Part shown: piece after piece, positions 13,658 through 26,928 of the stretch | Layout of the letters: each line of letters opens with the position of its first letter | Position numbering within the stretch: position 1 is the first letter of the stretch | Source: Eledone cirrhosa | Taxonomy: Eukaryota | Direction of reading: 5' to 3' | DNA: 64,000 bases | Assembly: GCA_964016885.1 (NCBI GenBank) | Contig: OZ024745.1 | Span: 40,858,001 to 40,922,000 of the forward strand | Position numbers and translations under genes: made by a program | The notes under the pieces: model-generated | The model's database searches: none | What the model was told of the DNA's origin: nothing | What the model saw: the letters and a program-made list of their open reading frames with translations, nothing else

Positions 13658-14890
13658 ATTCGTTTGTTCAAACACTCACACGCACATGCGCGCGCAATAG
13701 TGATCGCCCACTTCTTCTACTGATTCGATCCTACTTACAAGGTTTGATGTCTGGCAGAAGCATTGCTGTTGATGACTTTATTTCTTGTGAGGAAAATTAC
13801 GAACACTATATAGTCTCTCTCTCACTTCTAAACTAAAATAAGTTTGTTTTTTTCTAAGTTCAGTAAAAATGCTTCTGGAAATTTACACAACACATGAAAG
13901 AAAATAAATATTTTTCCTGTATTTATTATGAAAACGATTTTTACGTTAAACAATATTAGATTTATATTTCATGTATTTTTTTCCTTGTGATTTTCATTTC
14001 GGCTTTTCATAACGTTAAATTATATAGTTTATTGAATTTTTGTTGGCAACCTCTTCTAGAGTCTGTAAAATTTGATTTCACATCCGAAATATATGAAATC
14101 TTGTAATAGAATTCATTCTATTGAAGAATGTCAACGAACATTTGGACATTTAAGAATTACATTCAGTGGGTTACATTTTTGTTTGTTTGTTTTTAGAAAC
14201 TTATGTACAAAAATTGATATCAGATCAAATGAATGGAACTAGCAACATCTTCACTTGTATAGTCTCCATATATATTTTAGAAATATTTATGATGTGGAGA
14301 TGCAGTATAGAATTAAGGTAATATGTCCATTAAAGACTGAAGGAGTGCAGTGTGGAGTTAAATTTTATATTTCCATTACTTCTGAAATAAAATATAATTT
14401 TACTGCCATAATTTATTGCACATTAAATCGGTATGACTATGTAACTATAAAACTACATTTTACCCAGATTGACAAATGTTGTAGAGAAAAAGGAAAGCTT
14501 TCCGCCAGTCGACTGTGTGGCACAGATACATTTCCTTCTCGAATCCATTTGCATTCACTTAAATTCTCTTCTTCATAGCTGTCATTATATTTGATGTAAT
14601 CTCAATACATAATTTAGTTATATAAAGGAAGTGGATAGAAAATATATCAAAGCTCACAGAGTAAATCATCTAAATCATTTAGGAGTGGTTAAATATTATG
14701 TTTGAGACGTGAAGATGGCAGAATGAGATTTCCCGGATGAGAGGATAAATGTCTATTTAAACCATAATAATGTTAAGTCAAGTCAAAACAATTCCAATGT
14801 TTAAATTTCGTAATAAATGTTATCTGTGGCGTTTACCAGCTAGTTGATTTTCTATTCTATACTCTCAACGAAATCCTTCATTATATATAT

Positions 14891-14925
<35 letters not shown>

Positions 14926-14927
14926 TA

Positions 14928-15001
<74 letters not shown>

Positions 15002-15622
15002 GGGGGGGGGGTATGTATGTGTGTATATGTGTGTGGGGGTGGGGTGCGCGCGTGTGTGTGCGTGTGTGCGTGTGTGCGTGTGTGTGTGTGTTCAGAAGAG
15101 ATTGTTTTGGTAAAAACAGGAGCAAGCATAAGGAAGCTCTCTACATTCGTAGTTTGTAGTTACGATGGAGATTCAGTATAACAATAACATTAATAAAGAT
15201 GCAGATGTTATATAAACCGCTTATTCATAATAATTACTTCAATGGTTCTCCCATGCAATCTAAGATGTAATTCATGCATTTGATGTTGTTATTGGAACGG
15301 TATCTTCAGATGAAATCCGTTTCTGTGATATGCCGCAGGCAGAAAAACACGTTCTTCTGTTCTTACGCTCGGCAGACATATAAGTTTCTAAAAGTATCTT
15401 TCCCAGCCGTCATGTTTTCAATTTTTGTGGGTGCTATCTATGTGTTATTTAGTGAATATGGACTCATGACCCCCCACGGAATTAAGGTCATAACTTTCCA
15501 AAGGATAAAGCTTCAAGTGTGTTGTTGTGACCTGCACCAGACAAAAGTCTGTGTAGCTAGATTTCAATATATATTGCAGGCAATAAACGGAACTCTGAGG
15601 GGGAGCGATATAGACAGTTTGA

Positions 15623-15662
15623 TGGCAGCAGCAGCAGCAGCAGCACCAGCAACACCACCACC

Positions 15663-15714
<52 letters not shown>

Positions 15715-15750
15715 GCAGCAGCAGCTGCAGCACCAACAACAATAACAAAA
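15623..15750. repeat. (GCA)n/(CCA)n/(CAA)n compound microsatellite
   Basis: Visible trinucleotide runs. Confidence 0.9.
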
Positions 15751-15970
15751 ACACCATACCGCCTACACTGGTTGTTATAGTAATGATAGTGATAGTAGTG
15801 ATAGTAATACTCTGCAGCAACTATATCACTACTTGACAGGCAGGCAGTGGGAACATCAACAGCAACAACAACAACAACACTTGTAATGAATCCGCCACGA
15901 CGACGGTGGCAACAAAAAAAAAGGGTTTGGTGGTGTCGCTCGCTGTAAATAAATTCATACAGTAATAATA

Positions 15971-16158
15971 ATTGTTTCTACTTTAGGCACAAGGCCAGCA
16001 AATTAACCAGTGTATTACTGGTACTTTATTTTATCGACCCCGTAAGGATGAAAGGCAAAGTCAACCTCTGCGGGATTTGAACTCAGATCGTAAAGGGACG
16101 TAACTATGCTGGAAAGCATAGCGTCCGACCCTCTACCGATACTGCCAATCCACCGCCT
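15971..16158 (-). mobile_element. tRNA-derived SINE with probable target-site duplication
   Basis: Full SINE consensus on the minus strand; atacagtaataata at 15957-15970 and again at 16161-16174. Confidence 0.9.
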
Positions 16159-17500
16159 TAATACAGTAATAATAATAATAATCGTTTCTATTCTTTGGCA
16201 TAAGGCATAAGGCTAGCAATGATCCAATAGTATTCAGTCGTAACTGCAGTACTAATCTCTATAGTCTGAGGAAGGTTCCATTTCATCTGTGGTGGCAGGT
16301 GCTGAACATGTTACTTCTTTTATTAATAACTTGAGCTCCCCTCTAGATTATCTCCAAGCGTCCGTGTTTTATATCCCTTTGCTCCTTGTTCTATGTTCTC
16401 CGTGTTCATATCTGCATTTGTATCTATTTACCAATATGTATGATGTTTTGTTCCTATGTTTTCCTCGCAGCTACTTGAGGTCAAGAAGGCAGAAGAATAA
16501 ATAGAAAGGGACAGAAGAAAGCTTGAGCGAGAGATAGAGATAGAGAAATAATGAGTGAAGGAGGGAAAAGGAAGAATGGGGACAAGTGATGTACAATCTA
16601 TTTTTAAATAGAAGTGAAAGAGGTATGCGTTGGTTAAAAGGCAATAATAATTATGATTTAAAAAATTACACACGACTAGGAGAACGAACAAGAACACAGA
16701 CAAATCCCTATATATTCACCCAACTAATGGAGATCATTTGGTTTCTATGCTTCGAATATTGAGACATTAAAATCAGTATACATGGAGTTGCAACAATACA
16801 AGGGGAAGAAAGATAGTATTCCACAAATACTAATGTCTATAATGAGAGCAATATAGACGTTGCCAAGTTTAGATAATTAAAAAAAAATGTCGATACATAT
16901 TCATAGATTTTAATCAATCTAAACGTTTATAATTCTGGTCTCCAGTAGCATTTGACATTATTTTGAATTCATACGTTCTTTAACATTTCCATGGAAATGG
17001 ACAAGAAACTATTCGTTGTCTGATTTGTTTTTACTTGAAACTGTTTTCAATTATAATACATCAAACACTGTGTCAATATCACTCAGCATTTAACTCTAAT
17101 GTTTGAAGAATGAGCGGTGTATAGATTTATGCTTGGACGTTGAGGCAATAATACCATAATTATTTGAAGATTGAATCTTGGGTGAAAAGGAAAATTTGCT
17201 AAAAGGCTAAATTTAAAATAAGTATATGAACTGTGTTATTTTCATTTTCATATTATCGAAATGGGATGAAATAAATATTTGCCTTTCATATATTAATAAA
17301 ATTATTAGATTTTGAGACTTAAACGTATATATAGAAAACGTTGAATATAAAATAATTTAATGTAAATTCCTATGATATAAAATATATCGTTTCGAACATT
17401 TGTAGCATGAGTTTTCGATTCGCTTTCAGAAATGCTTTACCATATTCGATATGTATAGAATAACTATTCCTCTAGTGCATACACACAGACGCAGATAGAG

Positions 17501-17540
<40 letters not shown>

Positions 17541-17572
17541 ACAAACGCACACGCACACACACACACACACAA

Positions 17573-17658
<86 letters not shown>

Positions 17659-17781
17659 GGTAAACATTGATGAAATTCTAATCAAGCACTCAACGTATTT
17701 TTTCCACATAGGGGTGACGGAATATATTTAGAATTAGAAAATACGAAGTTGATTCAGATGTCAAAGTCCTTTATTTATAAG

Positions 17782-17856
17782 GCTGCGATACATATTTTAA
17801 TGACGGCAGTGGCTACACGATTCCGCGTACCCAGTGCCGTGATCTCATCAGACAGC
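17782..17856 (-). ncRNA. Degenerate type I hammerhead (family F) within a repeat spanning about 17660-17955
   Basis: gctgt-CTGATGA-long stem II-AAAA (GAAA mutated)-tatgta-TC-gcagc; homologous to 33216-33290 and 33667-33741. Confidence 0.6.
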
Positions 17857-17952
17857 ATCGAGGCAATCCAAACTGAAACGGCAAGGGATCGCACAAAGAT
17901 GATGTTCTTGACTCATTCACCCGTTCCCTTCGTATTTTCTTCTTGAGCTCAT

Positions 17953-18034
<82 letters not shown>

Positions 18035-18073
18035 ATGAGCTCAAAGGAGAAGAGATCCTGAGCTCTTTAAAAT

Positions 18074-18222
18074 ACAATATGTTGAAAAGGTAGCACACCA
18101 GAGAGAGATATACAGTGCGTTATCAATAAAACGGGGATTCCATACACTGGTGGGTTTTTTTCCGTTTTATTGATAACGCACTGTATATCTCTCTCTGGTG
18201 TGTTACCTTTTCAACATATTGT
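18074..18222. repeat. 61-bp-arm inverted repeat between (TA)n tracts
   Basis: 18074-18134 is the reverse complement of 18162-18222 with one difference. Confidence 0.9.
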
Positions 18223-18231
18223 GTGTATATA

Positions 18232-18284
<53 letters not shown>

Positions 18285-18430
18285 GGGTGTGTATGATTGT
18301 GTATAGAAGATTATATTAATAAAAGGAATTCCAACTTTGTCTGATTTACTCGTTTTATTTGCAATCCTTTAAAATTATAATGATATTATAATGAAATAGT
18401 ATGGTAGAATATTAAATGTTAAGTGTTAAT

Positions 18431-18469
18431 TGAACAAGTACTTTCATGCTTTCGCAATCTTCAAGTTTA
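18431..18469 (-). ncRNA. Minimal type I hammerhead (family C), C3-to-U variant
   Basis: taaac-TTGAAGA-ttgcgaaagcat-GAAA-gtac-TT-gttca. Confidence 0.6.
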
Positions 18470-20140
18470 TATTCTGTGGTGACAGTCAAATTTGCAATTT
18501 TCAACTGTAATGAGATGGGTAAATTTTGTGCCTTATATACAGTGAAAAGCGGCAACAGGATGCTAAGTTTTGCAAACTGTATTTCGACCAATCGATGTGT
18601 AGTTTCACTGGATTACTAAAGTTGATTGGTTTAGGCGTCACGGTTGGTTGAGCATGTCTAACGACTTCTATTTGACCCTATCCAAAGCATCAATTGTTTT
18701 GCTCTTTTTAAAAATGATGAAAATAGCATTTTCTAGGGTTTTTATAAAAAATCTTCAGTAATCATCACCATCACCATCACTTTTATTGTTGTTATTGTTG
18801 TTGTTGTTGTTAGTGGTGGAGGTCTACATGGTCGTAGGCGTAGTTATAGTAGGAATAATACCCCTAAGCATTTGGGGTTGGAATTTATCAATAAAATTAT
18901 TTTCTTTAATTTTCTTCTTGATTTCACTTGGGCTGTGTAATTTGTAGAATGGAAATATAAATATTTTCCGATGTTGCTAGATGGGATATCTGACGTACAT
19001 TTAGGTCTCTGATTTGCTATGGGTGCACCCGTGCACGTTCAGATAGTGTATTTCCAGTTTGACCGACATATAGTTCTTCACAATTCGGGCATTTAATGCA
19101 GTAAATTAGATTTTTGCTTTTGTAGTTCATATTTGCATTTTGGAATATTTTTCCAGTTTTTGTGTTCATATGTTGACCAGCGTGTATGGATTGACATGCG
19201 CCACATCGACTATCATTGCATTTAGATACAGTGAATGATTGGTCTTTGTTGTTAAGGTCAAACTTTGCTTTTGTTAGTAATTGCTTCAAATTTTTCGGCT
19301 GTATTTTACTAAGAGTCAAAGATCGGTCTGTGATTAGACCTTTTAATTCATTACTTTGAGCCATGATCAGTAGGTTTGATTTGGCAGTGTTGAAGATAAT
19401 CTTAGTCAATGTGTCACATGTCAATCCATACACACTGATCAATATATGAACACAAAAACTGGAAAAATATTCCCAAATGTAAATATGAACTGCAAAAGCA
19501 ACTTAATTTACTGCATTAAATGCCCGAAATGTGAAAAAACTATATGTCGGTCAAACTTGAAATGCACTATCGGAACGTGCACGGGTGCACCGACAGCAAA
19601 TCAAAGACTCAAATGTCTGTCGGATACCCTTGAGTAACCATCTAGCAACATGTGGTAAGAAAATATTTATAATATTTCCATTCTACAAATTACACAGCCC
19701 AAGTGAAATCAAGAGAAAAATTAAAGAAAAGAATGTTATTGATAAATTCAAACCCAAGCTAAATGAACAATAATAATACTTAGGGTATTACTCCTACTAT
19801 GACTACGACCATGTCGACTACTACCACTAACAACAACAACAATAATAATAATAATAAAAGTGATGTTGATTACTGAAGATTTTTTATAAAAACCCTAGAA
19901 AATGCTATTTTCATCATTTCTAAAAATATCAAAACAATTGATCCTTTGGATAGGGTCAAATAGAAGTTGTTAGATATACTCAACCAACCGCGAGGCCTAA
20001 ACCAATCAGCTTTAGTAATCCAGTGAAATACAGTTTGCAAAACTTAGCATTCTGTAACCGCTTTTTACTGTATATGAGGCACAACATTTACCCATCTCAT
20101 TACAGTTGAAAATTGCAAACTTGACTGTCACCACTGAATA

Positions 20141-20179
20141 TGAACCTGAAGATTACGAAAGCATGAAAGTACTTCTTCA
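20141..20179 (+). ncRNA. Minimal type I hammerhead (family C)
   Basis: tgaac-CTGAAGA-ttacgaaagcat-GAAA-gtac-TT-cttca; palindromic stem III aagtactt. Confidence 0.65.
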
Positions 20180-20290
20180 ATTAACACTTAACATTTAATA
20201 TTCTACCATACTATTTCATTATAATATCATTATAATGTTAAAGGATTGTAAATAAAACGAGTAAATCAGACAAAGTTGGAATTCCTTTTA

Positions 20291-20384
<94 letters not shown>

Positions 20385-21377
20385 AAAACGAAAAATCAGT
20401 GATGCATCTGAACTTAATTTATTGTGTGTTACAATTGTTTCGCCGGCGGACAGCTCGAGACGCAATCATTGTGTGGATCTTTCTTATTCTGGACCTGCAT
20501 GTTCGACGGACACGTCTAATGATATCTGAGCATATTCTCGCACTGCGGTATCTGACATTCTGCGCCAGTACCGTCAAAAACTTCATCCTCTTCGCGCGTC
20601 CTGTGATTGGCCGCTGGTTGTCGAAGTCATCATAATTCTGACCACAGGTACCAGTCCGCTGACCATCAGGACGTTTGCTGTCCCATGTCTGCTACACTTC
20701 AATAAATTACTGCTGTGTTTAGTTGTTCACACATCCACGCGCACCCTCACACACACACTAGCACATAGATAATAACAATCGTACGCATAGACGCCCGCTA
20801 TATACACACATTTAAGGAGAACATATAAACATATAAACATACGCATACATGCATCCAGAGAGGCACGTACACACACAGACACATGCCCACATGCCTATAT
20901 ACATCAACATACACACACACATACATGCGCATTCACATGCACACGCGTGTATATGCACGCAAACTCGTACAGACTTATACATAGCGCCCCCCTCCACCCA
21001 CGCACGCACATATACACGTACACATATACATATATACACACACAGATACTCATTCGCTCGCAAACACACATATATACACACAAACAAGCCCTTTCCCTAC
21101 ACGGGTGCTTGTACACACACACACACACACACACTGGCTCATATACACTCTTACAAATATGCGCATATTCATATACACACTCACGCACGCATAAAAAAAA
21201 AATATATATATATACATAAAAGGAATAAACACACAAAGTCATATAAAGATACACAATGGGTCATACATGAAAGGATGCATCTTGTTATAAATATATACAT
21301 AGAAAAACATATACACACACATATATATACACATATATATACACATATATATACACACACATATACTCTTAAATATA

Positions 21378-21435
<58 letters not shown>

Positions 21436-21448
21436 TAAGAAAAACACT

Positions 21449-21486
<38 letters not shown>

Positions 21487-21507
21487 CACATATACACATA
21501 CATATAC

Positions 21508-21538
<31 letters not shown>

Positions 21539-21885
21539 TATATATATAAATGTATAAGAATATATAAAAAATATACATATAACGGCACATAAAGATACAC
21601 AGTGGGCTATACATGTTATATGTGCCTACAGAGATGTTGTTTCGTTGCGAACATGGATCAATCCACGTATAGAATCTTCGTGCAAAGCCACATAATGTGC
21701 GTTCATGGTATTACAGTAAATAGTATGCGCAGACCGTACATAGAAAATGCGTGCACAATATATATAAAAAAGAAGGAACGTGAATGCATATGAGTACACA
21801 AGAGAAGTATGAGATACACACGTGGGTCTGTATACGGAAAATACATTAGCTGTTAGAAAATTGAATGCCTGGAGAGAATGCACTC

Positions 21886-22530
21886 TCTACTGAAAATATA
21901 CACATGCCGGGGGGTGCCTGGACCGGCCATACTGGAGTATTTCACTATGGTTGAGGTATATTGACTTATTGGTGTAAGGCACTTGACTGAATATCAATGG
22001 AATCCGGGTCAATCTGTCCCGGCTCAGGCGATGTTTTTGCCTAGGTTGACGTGTAGAGTCGGGTAGGCATCCTGGGTTATTTAGGCTTACCTCTCGGGGC
22101 ATATATAGTCAACAGGGTATGGTGTCCGATTCCTTGAACCCGTTTCGCCACTCTGGTCGGCGTGCGCTCCGCCGCATGCCTGTAGCTTGGACTGCCCGGT
22201 GTATTCCATGCGGAGAGTGTGCACCTTCTCTGGTGGCTGCACGTCATGATTATTTCTGATTTCAGGTTGACCGCATCATCCTTCAGTCTGACCATCTCCA
22301 TGGCCTTGGATAGGCATAGACTACACTTTCTATTTCCAGCCGAATATGCATTCGCGTGCCGAACGATACTCAGATTGAGGGCATATGGGGTGCCTTTGTC
22401 TTTCAAGTCCCACAGCAGGTCCGCCAGCCTAGTAGAGTGCCTCTTGCTCCGGTCCTATAAAGAATCGGAACTCGACGGCTGGGCTCTTACCATTTCCACA
22501 GGTATTTCTAGTCGGGCTCTGACTCGTTAA
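21886..22530 (-). mobile_element. PLE GIY-YIG C-terminal fragment with 3' flank
   Basis: ORF 22077-22406 and upstream: STRLADLLWDLK...YSAGNRKCSLCLS...NLKSEIIMTCSH, homologous to the C-terminus of the 26929 ORF. Confidence 0.8.
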
Positions 22531-22737
22531 TATATAACCATACTCTACTACCCCATGTATCGAGTACTTTGTTGAGTAATGTTCTAATAATTTAAACTGA
22601 ATCTATCCTGATTTATATATATATACAGATCGTATTATTATATTAGTAATGCACTGGATAATTGCTGGCTTTGTGCCAAAAGTAGAAACAATTTTTATAT
22701 TATTATATATATGTATGTATACATCTATATATATATA

Positions 22738-22926
22738 ACAAAGGAATTGTGGTAAGGAACCAGATGGACCATAACGCTCCAGAGTACTCAATACTTAGGG
22801 TAGTAGAGTGGGAAACAGGAAAAAGTATGACCCCGACGGCAGAGCTCAAGCCGTTTCGACGGCTATTACTGGACTGAAATAGCCGTCGAAACGGCTTGAG
22901 CTCTGCCGTCGGGGTCATACTTTTTC
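22738..22926 (-). mobile_element. PLE-type 3' terminus (family B) with fold-back of the hammerhead 3' half
   Basis: Perfect 49-bp arms at 22819-22867 and 22878-22926 containing GAAA-cggc(ttgagctct)gccg-TC-ggggtcatac; in (TA)n; related copies at 25476 and 34922. Confidence 0.8.
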
Positions 22927-24274
22927 ATATATATATATATATATATGTGTATGTGTGTGGGGGGGGCGTATGTGTTCGTGTGTGTGTGTATGTGCATGTC
23001 TTTAAGTCATCGTTAGCCTGTAGTACAAATCATATTCGTTCTGTTCTGTGAGTTCAAATCCCGTTGAGTTCAATTTCACCGTCCATCAATTCATTCATTC
23101 AAACCCATTATTACTTTACTGTCATTTATAGTTTTAAAAAGTATGTCATGTGATTACTGTCGAAATCTCTTGCTCTGATTTTTGAAGAGTAGGGAATTAG
23201 TTCTCACATTTGGACACTTGCATTCGTCATATCTGGCCGAATGTTTGTTTTATATTATATGTCCGATGGGGATTTTTGTGACAGCATTAAGGATCTGGCA
23301 CACCGGATATAATGATTAAAGGAATAAATGATTTAACTGACATTAAAAAAAAAAACTGATTGAAAAGTGCATACAATATAATTATTTATGACAGTTCGCG
23401 TTAAAATGAAATATGATGGATGAGAATGAGCTTTCAAAAAGAAAATAAACGTCTATAAATTATTTATATAGAATGTTAAAAAGAATACACGGAAATAATT
23501 CAGTGGCATTATTAGTTCTTTATAAAATTGATGATTTATGTTGCGGAAACTTTCCTTTTTTTATTTAGCTTTATCATTTGCCTTGCTTCTTTCATTTATT
23601 CAAATCCTCATTTTGAAGTCTTCCATCATTCTCTCTTCCAAATCATACTATTAAAGATGTATTTCTTATTTTATAATATATTCTTACTCGCTATTCCCTT
23701 TTCAGCAATTTCAATATTTATTATAATTCTCCAAGTTCATATTAAAGAATTTGCTTGAAATTTCTTTTCAACTAAATTCATTAACTATATTTTATATAAT
23801 TATTTATGATCACAGGAGATTTGTATTATATATGATATGAGTACAATCTATTCAAAGTTGAATAAACACATATATTACACTAAACCAAATAACATATTTA
23901 TCCAACTACGCCAAATGAATATATTTCTCACTTATGTAACTTTCGTTGGTCAGTTCATCCTGTCACAAAACAACGGCACAAATTACTCGAGCTATCGAGT
24001 AGGAAGGCTTATCGATCTAAACTCCTCCTGTAAACATGGAGTGTCGTCAAACGAGATGAAATTTTGATATACATAATTACAAAATAAATATATTTATAAA
24101 ATATCCCCAAGAATATTTTGTTATATTACATCATTTTAAATAACATTTTAAATATATGAAAATATACAAAATTAATTGTCTTGTAACTACATTGAAGAAA
24201 TAATATAGCAAATGTTCAGAAGTGAAATATAATTATTATTATTTCAATATAAATATATATATCTACCTACATAC

Positions 24275-24345
<71 letters not shown>

Positions 24346-24539
24346 GATAAATCTACCAAGAGTTTACGGTAGTGTCCAATCCGTATGAAGAACTCAATGT
24401 AATCCGGATATCATGGAAAGAAGAGATGCAATGAAAAATCACTTTCGGTGAAAGATAAACGGAATACAGAGTCAAGATAAAATATTAAAAAAATAATGAA
24501 TAAAACAATGAAACAGTTCCTTATATTAAACAAAAAAAG

Positions 24540-24693
24540 TTCATTATTTAACGATCGTTTCTAGGATATATATGTGTTAGAATTGGCATGCATATTCAAC
24601 AGATCTATGTACAAAATTATACAAAATTATACAAACTATCAAAATTAAATATACATACCAACACATATATATGCCGTCTTCAGAAATAATGAA
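24540..24693 (-). ncRNA. Type I hammerhead with extended stem II (family D), inverted copy
   Basis: Reverse complement of 32832-32985. Confidence 0.7.
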
Positions 24694-25239
24694 ATATATT
24701 TATTGATAATAACAACAATTCAAAATTACAGGTCTGTTTGGGAACAGAGTTCAAATTGACCAATGAAAACACAAAAAGTTTATACAGTTAGGTGTATGTA
24801 TATATGTAAGTAACTTCGTTCACAGATATGCATAAAAATATATGTTCACATGCATACGCATGCCGAAAAGATGTATGTAAATACAAAAATTCAGGGCTAA
24901 TGTCTCTGTATGTTTATAATCTACAGAAAAAATACGTATACGCATATAAACATATAAATATAAAAATAAATATATACACATTCATATACTCACACATATA
25001 CATACATTCACACACACACGCGCGTATACGCATAAACATACACACAACCACGAACATACATACACACACACACCCCCACACACATATATGTGTATATACT
25101 ATTATCATAAGCATATGGACATTAATGCGCGCACATAAACACTGCCACACATATTTAGATCCAGATACAGAAAGTAGGTGGGGGGGGGGAAGAGGTCAGT
25201 ATTTACTGGTGTCAGCAAACTGCCTATTTATAAATGTAT

Positions 25240-25420
25240 CTATAAATTTAAAAAGAAAAAGAAAAAGAAAAAGAAAAAGAAAAAGAAAAAGAAAAAGAAA
25301 AAGAAAAAAAAGAAAAAAGAAAAATAAAAATAAAAATAAAAATAAAAATAAAAATAAAAATAAAAATAAAAATAAAAATAAAAAGAAAAAGAAAAATAAA
25401 AAGAAAAAAGAAAAATATTA
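25240..25420. repeat. (AAAAAG)n/(AAAAAT)n hexamer repeat
   Basis: Visible run; shorter counterpart at about 32205-32275. Confidence 0.9.
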
Positions 25421-25422
25421 AG

Positions 25423-25475
<53 letters not shown>

Positions 25476-25477
<2 letters not shown>

Positions 25478-25666
25478 CGAAGGAAATGTGGTAAGGAACC
25501 AGGTGGACCATAACGCACCAAAGTACTCAATACTTGAGGTAGTAGAGTGGGTAATAGGAACCAGTAAGACCCCGACAGCTGAGCTCAAGCCGTTTCGACG
25601 GCTAATTCTGGACTCAGAATTAGCCGTCGAAACGGCTTGAGCTCAGCTGTCGGGTTCTTACTGGTT

Positions 25667-25671
<5 letters not shown>
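25476..25671 (-). mobile_element. Family B fold-back element nested in (TA)n
   Basis: Arms 25554-25610 and 25615-25671 (one mismatch); absent from the homologous site in the opposite arm (about 32160-32195). Confidence 0.8.
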
Positions 25672-25707
<36 letters not shown>

Positions 25708-25745
25708 AAGTAAAATATAAAATATACATCGATATACATACATAT

Positions 25746-25806
<61 letters not shown>

Positions 25807-26001
25807 CATATACATACACATATACATAAACACATACATACGCATACATATACATACACACACCATATAAATACATATACAGATACACACACGCATACAT
25901 ATAGAGACACATACATATACACATATAAATACATAGACATATACATATATACACACATATATATATACATATACACACATAGATATATATATACATTCAC
26001 A

Positions 26002-26074
<73 letters not shown>

Positions 26075-26133
26075 TCTATACACATATATAAACACACTCA
26101 TGTATATACATACATACACATACATACCCACAC

Positions 26134-26167
<34 letters not shown>

Positions 26168-26235
26168 ATACACACATATACACATACACACATACAAAGA
26201 TATATATATATATATACACACACACATATAATATA

Positions 26236-26312
<77 letters not shown>

Positions 26313-26554
26313 TATATATACACATACATACATATACATACTCATACATAGATATACATATATACACACACACACATACACACATACATATACGCATATA
26401 TACACATACATACACATCCATGTATGCGTATACACATACAAACACAACCACACGCTCACACAACTCAGACATACATAAATAAAGGGATATACATACACAC
26501 ACATATACATACACACACATACACACATACATATACATACACACACATATATAT

Positions 26555-26597
<43 letters not shown>

Positions 26598-26703
26598 TAT
26601 ACATATATATATATACAAATAAAGAAATAAAAGAAATTTATAAATAAATAAATTAATACACACAGTCAGACAAATATGCACACACATACATATACACACA
26701 TAT

Positions 26704-26744
<41 letters not shown>

Positions 26745-26928
26745 CATATACATACATATATATATACACATACACACATCAACTACAAATATATATATAT
26801 ATATATATATATGGAAAGTTATATTTAAATTGTTGGGTTACAACTAATAAATATTTATAGCTGATATAAAAGCACTCAACAAGTAAAATACTATAAACAT
26901 ACAACCTAATATTACCAACAAACACCAA

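Larger units (their letters stand above)
18312..20297. mobile_element. Back-to-back inverted pair of PLE 3' ends (GIY-YIG remnant, tail and HHR in each arm)
   Basis: About 18312-19172 is the diverged reverse complement of about 19443-20297; ORFs 19017-19442(-) and 19446-19773(+) give CNDSRCGAC...NLIYCIKCPNC...YVGQTG...ERAR.H. Confidence 0.9.

Noticed and set aside
15274-15820. Poly-A/P/T and poly-L ORFs (also 63084-63860)
   Set aside because: Derived from trinucleotide microsatellites; no domain signal.
20430-20475. Hammerhead-like GAAA-caattg-TA on the minus strand; similar partial motifs near 21625-21650, 24378-24465 and 41350-41440
   Set aside because: No convincing CTGANGA core with pairing stems.
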